Shown here in pieces: positions 39,469 to 50,400 of a DNA stretch of 64,000 nt. The position numbers and the translations under genes are program-made. The notes below the pieces were generated by a model. It ran no database searches. It had not been told where the DNA came from and saw only the letters and a list, made by a program, of their open reading frames with translations. The stretch is from Fistulifera solaris (Eukaryota): assembly GCA_030295235.1 (NCBI GenBank), contig AP026131.1, positions 1,240,001 to 1,304,000 on the forward strand, in the 5' to 3' direction. Position 1 is the stretch's first letter. The number at the start of each line of letters is the position of its first letter.

Positions 39469-40857
39469 ATGATGTTCTCTGGATTTTCCGCGGAGAAAGA
39501 GGAGGAGAAGTCGACGATGGCACCGGGGCCAGGCTTGGATACGGTGGCGGATCTGGAACGCAAACTCGCCTTATTGCGAGCTGCGGAGACGACGACGACG
39601 ACGACGACGACGAACTCTATCAACTCTTCGTCTGCGGCTCCCGCCTTTGCTTTACCAGCAGCTGAAATGAAAAAACCTAGTGGGGAAAGTAAGGACGGAA
39701 AAAGCGCCTTGTTAGTAAGTTGAAAACGAGTTTTTTTTTGAATTGGATGCAGGCTTCTTCGAGACGACTTGGAGGTCGTGTAGGAATGTAACAGTGCTTA
39801 ATGCAATGTTCCTTCACTCACGCACTATTTACAGGCACGAATTATGGCCGCACAAGAACGTGCCAAGCAGGCACAACAACCTCCCGATTTGCTTTCGGAT
39901 ACTCCGCCGGCCTTTGATCCTTCCGCCCTTCCTCCTCTGGATCAGCCTCCTGTTTTTGACGATGCCTTGTTGCCGGCGCCCGTACAGCAGGCACCTCCCG
40001 TGTTTTCCTGGGATCCTCATGCTCCCGAGCCTCTGGCGCCTCCGCCCGCTTCCGCTCCGGATCTCAATGACTTACTGGCGTTTGAAGCGCCTCTGCCGAG
40101 CCACGATTATCAAAGTAACAATAATAATAGTTCATCGAACACGGAAAGCAACGAAGATGTGATTGCGGCCATCTTGGCAATGGAAGGCATGTCGGAAGCC
40201 GATAAACAAGCTCTCATTGATGAGCAGATCAAAATCATGGCCTCGATCGAAAAGACACGGACCAACACTCGAGCCTCGGCGGCACACAGTGCCGCGGATG
40301 CCTTCGAAAGTCGTTCGTTTTCCAACAATGTACAGTCGGTCAACAATCCCAGTCGGCGCATGCATATGACAACTTTCAGTAATGCCAGTACGGCCGAAGA
40401 AGCCGCTCAACTCAAGGCGGATATGGAATTGGCGGAAGCTTTGCAAAAGGAAGAATACGAACAGGCGGAACGACAGCAGCAGTCGCGTCCCCGCGCGCGA
40501 CCCACCGCGGCACCCGCGCCAGCTCCACAGGAATCACAATCGTGGCTCGAATGGTTGGGTGTGACCAGTTCTGCGACTCCTACTGCTACCCGAAATGATG
40601 CTCCGCCGCCGTATGCGGCTCCGGGTCAAGGCGCACTTGCGAATAGTCGTGGAAGTTATGATGAGGATGAAGCGTTGTTGCGAGATCGGCCACGGGCTCG
40701 CGTGGCGCAGTCGCAGCCCCTGTTTGCTTGCGTCACCGACTCGGTGTCGACCGCGTTGACCTATGCGGTATCGCCGCCGCCGGAAGGTGTGGATTCCACC
40801 AGCTTACTGGCCATGCCCCAGGTCGGACGAAACAATGAATACGAGCGTCAGGAGTAA
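39469..40857 (+). CDS. Hypothetical Pro-rich protein with a UIM-like segment; intron 39715-39834
   Basis: GT..AG splice joins 39469-39714 in frame to the 337-aa ORF; ADMELAEALQKEE resembles a ubiquitin-interacting motif. Confidence 0.65.
39588..39612 (+). repeat. (ACG)n microsatellite encoding poly-Thr
   Basis: acgacgacg... about 8 units. Confidence 0.9.
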
Positions 40858-40935
40858 AATGACATCCTACTTTATTACTATAACTATTTGACAATGTAAA
40901 CAATCAATTTTATTTTACTAAAGTATTGCCCATTG

Positions 40936-42561
40936 TTATCCTCTTGCAACCTCTGCAATCATTTCATCAATTCGATCAAATTGATCCAAAGGACAATCGA
41001 TTTGCACGCCTTCCCCGGTCTTGGCATCTTTCACACGCAGGTCTTTGATTCTTACTTTGTTCTGTTCCATTTCGGAGGGGGCCACAAACACCATCCGCTG
41101 AGCACCTTTCTGATCGGCATATTTGAAGCTATTCGCGACCTTTTTCTTCGGTGTGGGCATCAAGTCTACCTTGGCTCCTAGTTGCGTTCTCAGCTGAGCC
41201 GCAATTTTCGCGGCCGCCCCGTACCATTCATTGTCCCACGCACAAACAACGTAATCCACTTGATTCTCTTGGAGGAAACTGGGAATTAATTGACATTCTT
41301 GCAGCAACTCCATGATGACACAGTCACCGAATCCAAAGCCGACACAGGAGAGTTGCGAACACGCGGGGCCGCCGTAGAGCTCGAGCAAGCGGTCATAGCG
41401 ACCACCTCCCATAATGGCACGCAATTCACCCCTACGATCAAAGGCTTCCCATACAATACCCGTATAATAAGCGAGTCCGCGAACGACACTGGCATCAAAT
41501 ACTAAATATTCGGCAATGCCGTAGTCATTGGCGAGTGCAAACAGCCGCTGGATGTCTTGCAGGCCCGGAGTGTCGGCCCCGACATAATTTGCCAGAGCCT
41601 CCAAGGATTCCATTTGCAACGCTTGAAGAATTTCCCGACATGATGCTTCGGGAATACCTTTTTCCATAAGCAATGCCGTAACCGCATCGTCACCAATTTT
41701 ATCCAATTTATCAATAATGACACACGTCACCGCAAACAAGTCTTCCTTACTCGAGTCTTCCGATTTCGTAATCCCGTGTTTTGCCAAGATACTTTCCAAA
41801 ACCGCCCGACTGTTGATTTTGATACCCACCAAGTCCGGTCCCACTTGAACACTTTGAAAGAAATGGCACGCCGCGGCCAGTAATTCCAATTCGGCATGCA
41901 CATGCGCGACGCCGACAATATCCATATTCCACTGATAATGCTCTCGTTTGCGTCCGCGTTGCGTCGTTTCGAACCGCCAACACTGCGGAATACTGTACCA
42001 CTTCAGCGGCAAGGCTTCCCGACACTCGCCCGTACTCAAATTGGTGCGTTGCAATACCAAGCGCGCCAACGAAGGTGTCATTTCGGGTCGCAAGGTGACC
42101 CGATGCTCTTCCGGATCCTGGAACGCGTACATTTGCGAAACGATTTCTTCCCCGGCTTTGCGTTCGTACAGTGCCGTTTGTTCCAGTACGGGAGCATCGT
42201 ATTCGAGGAACCCAAAGGCGGCGGCGGAATCGCGAAATTTCTGAAACAACCACGTCCGCAACCGCATTTCCGGAGGGTAAAAGTCACGGGTACCGGACGG
42301 AGGCTCCAAGACAATACCGGAGGACGCGGTCGCGGTTTCCGGTTCCCCTTCTTCCACCAACCGATCGAGTTCTTTTTCGATCTTTTTCATCGTCCAAACC
42401 TCCGGATCGTTGATCTGAGCGTGCCATTCCTGCAGCAATGCGGTACTTTTTGCCTTGCGGACTTTGGCGGCTTGCAATTCTTCGTCCGTGGTCGGTTTGC
42501 CTTTCAATTTCGGACCCAACAACGCCCATTCTTTCACTTGTTCGGGAGTAAATGGACTCAT
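40936..42561 (-). CDS. HARS: Histidyl-tRNA synthetase
   Basis: PPSGTRDFYP, LRPEMTPSLAR, WRFETTQRGRKREHYQWNMD, VVRGLAYYTG, GGGRYD, VGFGFGD, anticodon-binding domain. Confidence 0.97.
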   Translation of the reverse strand: MSPFTPEQVKEWALLGPKLKGKPTTDEELQAAKVRKAKSTALLQEWHAQINDPEVWTMKKIEKELDRLVEEGEPETATASSGIVLEPPSGTRDFYPPEMRLRTWLFQKFRDSAAAFGFLEYDAPVLEQTALYERKAGEEIVSQMYAFQDPEEHRVTLRPEMTPSLARLVLQRTNLSTGECREALPLKWYSIPQCWRFETTQRGRKREHYQWNMDIVGVAHVHAELELLAAACHFFQSVQVGPDLVGIKINSRAVLESILAKHGITKSEDSSKEDLFAVTCVIIDKLDKIGDDAVTALLMEKGIPEASCREILQALQMESLEALANYVGADTPGLQDIQRLFALANDYGIAEYLVFDASVVRGLAYYTGIVWEAFDRRGELRAIMGGGRYDRLLELYGGPACSQLSCVGFGFGDCVIMELLQECQLIPSFLQENQVDYVVCAWDNEWYGAAAKIAAQLRTQLGAKVDLMPTPKKKVANSFKYADQKGAQRMVFVAPSEMEQNKVRIKDLRVKDAKTGEGVQIDCPLDQFDRIDEMIAEVARG

Positions 42562-43100
42562 AATAGTGCGATAAAAGAAAGAAGTTAATTATATAGTGAA
42601 TGCTCGAAGTTAACACAGCAAATATAATAATGATGGCGGATGCAGTTTCTCGCAACGCAAAACACTCGCGTGCCGCAGCCACAAAAAAATCACACGCGTC
42701 TGTTTTGGACCGTTTTGTTTCCGTTGTTTCCGTTGTGGATAGCGGTACGATGAGCGGTCCAAAGAATGTCTCACGACCCAACTCACGATTTCCTCACTCA
42801 CGAGTGTATCGTTAACTGCAAACAAAATAATATTTGAAATGCTTCCAGCATGACAATAAATGAACGATTGTATGATGTGATCTCCGGATGTGTTGCTCTC
42901 CTTAAATGCCATTCTACATGACTCGAACACCGGCCGAGATGCGGCGAGCACGAAAGGAAACGGAAATGGACCGAAAAATAAACGGCCCTCCTCTGGAAAC
43001 GGCTCCAGGAGCGCGGTTTCCACGAGTTGAATCCAATCGCTGGATGCCAGGAGGATGAGCTCACAATTTTCATCCGAGCCAGTGTCATTTTGCAATCATC

Positions 43101-44100
43101 ATGACACCCAACAAGGTCTCTTCTCCGATGGTAAGTGTTTTGTTCACCATGAGAATCGCGCCATTTTATCGAGGATCCCAGCTCACGCTGCGATTCGTTC
43201 CTGCACTTTCAGAAAGTTACCGACCCGGCGACGGCGCTGCTCTTGAAATGCCGCGACAACGACTGGGATGAAGTCTTGCGTATTCTCCAAAAACACCCCT
43301 CGTTGGCGCTCGCGTCGATTGGCATGGACAATGCCGTCAAGACGACGGCGCTGCATCAAACCATCGTGAGCAAGGGCGATGTCGCAAAACGCACCCAGGT
43401 CATTACGACGATTCTCCAACAAACGCCGGCCGCTGCTAGGTCGCGCAACGGATACGGTTCGCTCCCCTTGCACGTGATTGCGCAGCGCAACACCAAATTG
43501 ACGGCGGTGATCAAAGAAGAACTCATGACACTGTTGGTTCATGCGAATCCGGATGCTTTGTTGGAAACCGGTGGACCGGGTGGTCGTACGCCGTTGCATG
43601 TTTGCTTTACGGATTACTTGTCGCCCGAGTTGACGCAATTGATGATAGAAAAGGGCAAGGGAGCCTGCTTCATGACGGACAAGAAAGGTTACCTTCCGGC
43701 GCATATTGCGTGCTCGCGACACTGCTCTCCTCTCAAACTACAAATGCTGTTGGATGTCAATCCGGGGGCATTGCAGCAAACGACAAAGGCGGGATACACG
43801 CTCCTGTCGCTCGCCACTTCGACCGCCACGGCAACGCATCCCAACTATCGTTTGATCGAATACTTGCAGAATGTGTTACAGCAGGCGGGTATTGTGGAGA
43901 CACCCGTTGTGGCGCCCGTTGTACCGGCAAGTCCCCCAATCTTGTCACTCGAGCTTCGGAAACGACGTGCGAAATCATCGAGTCCGGCTCGGAAACGTCA
44001 ACGCCGTGCACCGGAGGACCCGGCGAGTTTGCTGTTGCACTTTTCGCGCACGGCAGTGGACCTTCCGGAACCGGATGTCGTGATTTCGATGGATGTGTAA
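43101..44100 (+). CDS. Ankyrin-repeat-like protein; intron 43131-43212
   Basis: TALHQ, GSLPLHVIA, GRTPLHVC, GYLPAHIAC and GYTLLSLA repeats; basic NLS-like tail. Confidence 0.8.
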
Positions 44101-44178
44101 AAATGTTAAGTTGATGGATTCTATGTTATGATGTTATAATTCATTCAGTAATCTCTGCTGAACGTTCTAATTTTTCAT

Positions 44179-45780
44179 CTAGTACGTAGGCATCGATCTG
44201 AAGCATTCCCGTCGGCACGTGCGGCTTCGAGATTGGGATCTTTGAACATCTTGGAATGCACAGGTATGTTGCGAGAAATGCTTGGAAACCAGTTTTGGCT
44301 TTCGGATGGGGCTTTTCGAGGTTTTCTGCTGCTTGAGATACATAGCGATGCCCGAGAAAGATTTGCTTTTTGGTTGTTGTCTACGATCAAGGCCGTCTTC
44401 CAAATCGTGACCATTACGAGACGGACTCAGTGATATCAGTGACAACGAGTCTTGTAATGTTTGGAACGTGGCACTCCCCAATGAACCTGCTCGTTTGAAA
44501 AATCTATTGGAAGCTAAAGGGCTATCCTCAATCGGACTCTCGGGTGAGCGAAACATGTCAGCACCGGTACATGATTTGCTATGATGTATCCTCAATGCGG
44601 AGGTTCTGGACACCGGACTCGCCTCAATGAGTGACAACGAATCCTGGGCGGTTTGAATAGTTCTTCCCGATGATACACTTTTCGTGGAGGATGTGCTGGT
44701 CCTGGATTCTTTGGCGGAAGTTGGTAAAAAGGGCGTGGCTGGCTTTCGGCGTGGAGAATCACTGATCGCACGTGTCAGTTTTCGAGTTGCTCGTCCGCTA
44801 GCAGACTTCGGGGTCCTGACTTCAGAGCGTCGAGCTGATTGCCCTTTTTCGGTATTTCTTTTAGACGATCTACTAACTTTGTCGAGCGACAGCGATCGTG
44901 TGCGGCTTTGCGATGATAAGTAATTTCGTGCTGGACTATAAACGTTGGAATAAGACAATGCTTTCGTCGGTGCTTTGTCCAAAATTGGCCGAGTAGAAGG
45001 AGGATCCGTTCCCCTTTGAATGCCCGAGTTGGATCGTTTCATCTCTTTGCGTAAAACACTCCTTTGTTGTGAGCACGTTGAGCGTCCGGAGCCGTCCAAG
45101 CTACCATCTCTCCGTCCGTCGCGGCTTCTATTTCTGTGCTTTCCAGGAGACCTGGAAAGGCCACTTCTGCCGGGTTTGTTGCTGAGGAGGACTTGCTTTT
45201 CTGCCGTCACAACTCTTCGACCGAGCTTTCATCTCTTTCTCATCCCTCATGGATTTCGTGCCAGTCGACGACGAACTCCCTGTCTTGCTCTTTAGACTTC
45301 GTGTACTTCCGCTTCTTTCTCCTCTTGGTCGACGTTTGTGTGTTCTCGAGCAGCTAGTGGACCGCGTTGTCTTTTATCAGAATTCCTTCCCGAGCATGAC
45401 GGAGGACTTCGCTTCACTCCATCTAACTTCAAAGAGCCTGTGTGAGGGCTCTTTGATGACTTACTCAGTGATCTTTGGGCAGGAGTTCTCGGCGTGCGCG
45501 TGTGTTCAGTCGGGTCGGCTCCTTGTGCTTTCGTCGGCGTTGGATCTCGGTGTAATTTATGCTTTGATTGAGATAGGCGGAAGGAAGGCGATCGCATGTT
45601 CTCCGGTCGAATTGACTTTTTACTTTGTCTTGGGGAGCAGCAGGATTTACTGTCTCGAGATAGGCGAAATACGGATAGCAATGTGCTCGGTGTGCGATGT
45701 TCTCTGCTTTTCTCTCTTGCTTGATGAGAAGGTGATGCTTCATCTTTGCAATTGGCCATTTCAAAGTGCTTCAGCCACAA
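44179..45780 (-). CDS. Ser/Arg/Lys-rich low-complexity hypothetical protein, frameshifted
   Basis: Consecutive minus ORFs 45292-45780 and 44179-45210 share the same composition; repeated QTxQDSLSLI motif. Confidence 0.55.
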
Positions 45781-46848
45781 ACAGACGCTTTGGAATTTAC
45801 CTCAGTTAAATACGGAGTAACAATTTATGCTTTGCTTGCTCAACCAGGGTGAAAAGCGAAAGCAATCCAAAATCCGAAGGAAAAGCCTTTCATTTTTCAT
45901 GTTTCATGTTAGTCGTCGATCCGAAAGCGGAGAAGTTGTTGGCTTTCACATTTTTCTGTACGAATGACCCTTCATCCTTCATCTTGCGATGTCCTCATGT
46001 CCGATGTCCGCTAATGTCCTTTGTGCTTTGTGCTTCAGCTTGGCGTCATGACTAAACAATTTCATTCACAGGTGCATGTCGAACAGGTACTACGTTTGCT
46101 ATGTCAAGCCCCATTTTCAGGATTCACGTCTACGATTCTCAAGTCGTATCTTCTACAATTTTAGTATAGTCTCGACGAAGGTCTTCACGGTGGAACATTT
46201 ACAACGAATTCCTTGGCGTCCTTGAAGTTTTCAGTTGTCATTTTCATTGTTGGACATAATGTCGATGGAGCTGGATACGTTCTTTCCTTCTCTACGACCA
46301 AAATGACTAATCTGAATGACTGTTTAGAAAACGTTACTCTGAAAGCTAAATAACGGGAACAAGTGGTAGATGTCAATCAAAAATCAAAGCAAAAAGCTAA
46401 TGTGTGGTTGTAGGTCTGCACTTTATTACTCCGTAGCAGTAGTCTTTTACTCCGTCTTTATCCATTGTTGAAAACAACGATCGTAGTCTCTAGATTCAAC
46501 AAAGTTTTTGATGAATTTTTTTTAAACGGAATCAGACTCACTAGTCACTAGAGCTTTAGAGAGAGTGGCTTGATAGATGGGTGGGTGGTGGCTGGGAAAG
46601 TGGCGGGTAAAATACTACGGAGGAGTAGTCTAAGGAACTCTAGAGGTCCCATACAAAGTACATGAATGAATGAGGAAGATAAAGAGTTGATAGCGCGGCA
46701 AACTAGACTTTAAGTATCTTTAGCTCTTGAGGCACTAGAGAATACGTTCTATTTCGTTATTTTTGAAATCGTTGTATGGTGCCGAGATAATTGGCTTTTA
46801 CATTGCAACCAGTGAGATAGAAGTGCTTGAACAACGACTTTCTCTGAT

Positions 46849-46938
46849 TAATGAAAGATTAAAACGAAGTTGTTCCAATCTTTATGCGAATAGATGAGTT
46901 GCAGTCTAGACCCGCGAACGCCGAATGACGCTGCCAGC
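46849..46938 (-). repeat. Outer 90-bp remnant of element B's 3' LTR
   Basis: Matches 61275-61364 (taatgaaagatt...gacgctgccagc), then breaks off at A's TG. Confidence 0.92.
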
Positions 46939-47452
46939 TGTCAAATTATATTTAGTTCTGGTCATGAGTATTCGGGACTCCTAGTGTGTGTGGAGTGTAC
47001 TTACTGTCTTTGTGATAGTGAGTTTGTGTATCCGGTACTCATGGTATCTTTTGGGGTTCGCTTCCGCACACGTCATCGGAAGTTTGGCGCATGTGCAAGT
47101 TCTTCTCTTGACACGTCGCAGAGGTGTGCGTAGTGTGTGGTATAGTGTTCTACGTGACGTATAAGTTGGTACCAGAGCTAAGGAAGTTATGTTTAAGTCT
47201 ACGACGGCATAGTACTGGTCAAGTGTCGACGTCGACAAGATTTGGTTCAAGATCACAAGATCTTGACTTCATTTCCGCCCTCTTTTGCAGTCTCACATGA
47301 ATAACAATAGTGAATTTGGTTTGCCTCGACTTTCCTTGTTCGCTCTATTCTATTGCATCCTGTCTCTTGAAGACAAGCTTTCTTTCAGTCTCGCTTACTG
47401 TTTTGAAGATTCGTTTCGGGTGAGCTATCTGTGCGCCTCCCGGAATTTGTCA
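46939..47452 (+). repeat. 5' LTR of element A (514 bp)
   Basis: TG...CA ends, 8/9 terminal inverted repeat, near-identical to 53362-53870. Confidence 0.92.
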
Positions 47453-47466
47453 GATTAACAGTCGCA
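47453..47466 (+). other. Putative primer-binding site of A (GATTAACAGTCGCA)
   Basis: Abuts the LTR end; same 14-mer abuts B's 5' LTR; complement TGCGACTGTTAATC fits a tRNA-Asn anticodon arm. Confidence 0.85.
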
Positions 47467-47499
47467 GTTTCGCTTTCAAGTTTCGCTTTCCGTCCCGCC

Positions 47500-50400
47500 A
47501 TGGTTCTCTCTCGAGCTCAATCGCGGGCCGCTTTCAACCACGTGATGGACAATGTCCTTGGCCGTGGTGATGATTCTACTCTTAAGCAAGCGTTGGTGTC
47601 CGCGAGGGTTTCTGGACATCTACTTGCTCCTCGAAGTTCACGTCCTTTGGACATCGGAAGTCTTGAGTTTCGCGAACGGCCGGCGAAAACTTCCCAGTCG
47701 CTTCGTGGTGATAAGACTTTGTTGTATGCCTTCCTCGAGTTTGTGTCTCATCGTGGTCGTTCTGGTGACCCGATCGATGACTGGTTGGCGGTCACTGAAG
47801 ACGGGTTCAATGAGTTCCGCTTAAGCCCCGAACGCGTTTTCGATCGCAACAACCTCGAGGCCCCCGGGGTTCCTGTTCCCCCTCCTGTTGCATCCCGTGC
47901 GCGAGGGAATGTCTCCCGCAGCTCTTTTCAAGCGTGGTATTAAACGTGATCCTTCTCTCTTTCCTACTCTCAAGGACGAGAGCTTCAACGACGCCCTGGC
48001 ATCGTTCTTTTGTCAATCAGGCCCGAGCTCAAGATGTGGAAGAGGTGCTCAACGAGGATTATGCCCCTACTACTGAAGACGAAGAGAGTTGTTCGACGAA
48101 AAACAGAAGTTTCTCTACGCCGTCTTGGAGAGTAAGGTGCTTACGGACCAAGGAAAAGCCCTTATTCAGCGACTACGAAGACACTTACGGCCTTCCAAAA
48201 GGTCTATGCAGCGTTGAAGCGCCATCACCTACAGTCTACCAAGGCCCAGATGGATTCGGCAACGATTCTATCCTACATTACTTCCGTTCGTTATGGAGAA
48301 GGTCATCGTGGTGGTACTGCATCTGGATTCGTGCATGATTGGATTGAGCAAGTTCGTCGTTATGAGCGCATGTCCGGTGACCCCTTTTCCGATAAGCACA
48401 AGCGAATCCTACTTGAGAATGCTGTTAGTACTGTCGCTGAGTTCCGTCAGGTCAAAACTAGTGCTGATTTGGAGTTGACCAAGAATGGAACGGAGTTAAC
48501 TTTCGAGCAGTACTGCGCTCTCTTGATTTCCCGCTGTGTCTCAGTTGAAGAACAAGCCAAACGCAAGTCTCGCGTCGGTACTGTTAACTTCCATGAGACT
48601 TATGCTTCCGATTTCTGTGATGAGGCCGGTACTGGGGAAGTTGACCTTTCTGGTTATCTTGTGGACTCCGATGTTCTTGTTTCTGAGTGGCAAGTTAATG
48701 CTACTGACCGGCGTTCTGTTGGATTCCGTGGTTCTCCTTCAACTGGGTCTGCTCCTAGAACGCGAATGCCGCGCGAACGTTGGTTCCAGTTGAGCGATGA
48801 CGCGCGTCAAATTTGGGATTCTTTGGCGGATCGCGATAAAGCCATCATTCTTGGTTTGCTTTCCGCTCCCGGACGTGATGTCAATGGCGGAAATCGTGAC
48901 ACGCATTCCATGACTCAGACCGGTCGTCCGTCCATCCTCCCGTCGCACGGTGCAGTTTCACGACCTTGACCCTATTGCATCTCACGACTCTTCCCCTCCG
49001 GAACCTACTGAAGAGTTTCATGATGCTGCTCAAGATCCTCCAAGTGCCGTGCTTGATGGTGAGTCTACCGTGCTTGTGAATGCCGCTCGCTCTAGTTCTC
49101 ACGCTGGCCCCGCACGATATTCGTCGCCTTCTGTCTCGTTCTTCGCAGAACAATTCGAATCGTCAAATTAACACTTTGACGACGTGTCGCGTGTCCCTTC
49201 AACACGTTTTCTCCTGTGGATTCGCTACTCGATCGCTGGTGCCAACGGTGGTGTTGCCGGCTGTGACGTCCGAGTCATTCACAAGGATTTTCCCCATCGG
49301 CGTGTCAACATTCAAGGCATCGACAACCATCAGATGACCGATCTCGAACTCGGTACTGTTGGGACCGGTCATAGCTGTTTTCAACCAGTACGCGTTGTAT
49401 GGAAAAGGCCCTACCATTCACGCTTCCGGACAGTTGGAGCACTTCAAGAACGTTGTCGATGACAAGTCTATCCACGTGGGCGGGCGGCAGTGCATCGCTG
49501 ACTCTCGACGGTTACGTGATCCCTCTTCAAGTTCAACAGGGACTCGCTTCGCCTTCCTATTCGTCCGTTTACCGACGACGAATGGCGTTCTCTCCCGCAC
49601 GTCATTATGACGAGCCTTCTCGATTGGGATCCTTCTGTTCTCGATCATGCTAACGATCAAGCTGATTGGTTCGATCGCATCAGCAACACGCTCGATCTTG
49701 AAGATCCTCGTCCCCTCTTCGACGAATTCGGCGACTACCATCGCGGGGATAGTATGGACATCGAAGATCGCTTCGTTTTTGCCCACGTCGCCCTTCCTCC
49801 GATCTTTCCGGCCCTTGACGAAATCATCGAGTTATACGACGCTACGGTATTGAGCCCGCCGCTTTCCAGGCTATTGCCCGCCATTTCGAGGTCTACAACA
49901 ACGAATTTGTCGCACAAGGCCATGTTGATGACGACAACGGCGTGACTGGACCACCCGTGAAAGCCCTTCCGTCCACGCCACGTACTATTCAGCGCCAAGA
50001 CCCGGATCTAGGTCGACTTCGTCCTTACTTTGGATGGATTTCCAACGATCTGATCAAGAAGACGCTTGAAAATACCACCCAGTATGCTCGCCTTCCACTC
50101 CCTGGCAGCACCCTTCTCAAGCGCGCCTTCAAGTCTTCAAATCCGGCTCTCAATGTTCATCGCCGTTCCGAAGCCGTCGCGTGTGATATCGTCACGCCAA
50201 TACACCGGCTATTGACAATGGGTCCCAGTCTGCCGTTATCTTTGTTGGCTATGATACCATGGTTACCGATGTTTATGGTATCAAGACGGATAGCCAGTTC
50301 ATTCGGACCTTGGAAGACAATATTCGTGAACGGGGAGCTCCAACTCGTCTCCTTAGCGATCGCGCCCAAGTTTTGATCAGCAACGCGGTTCAAGACGTTC

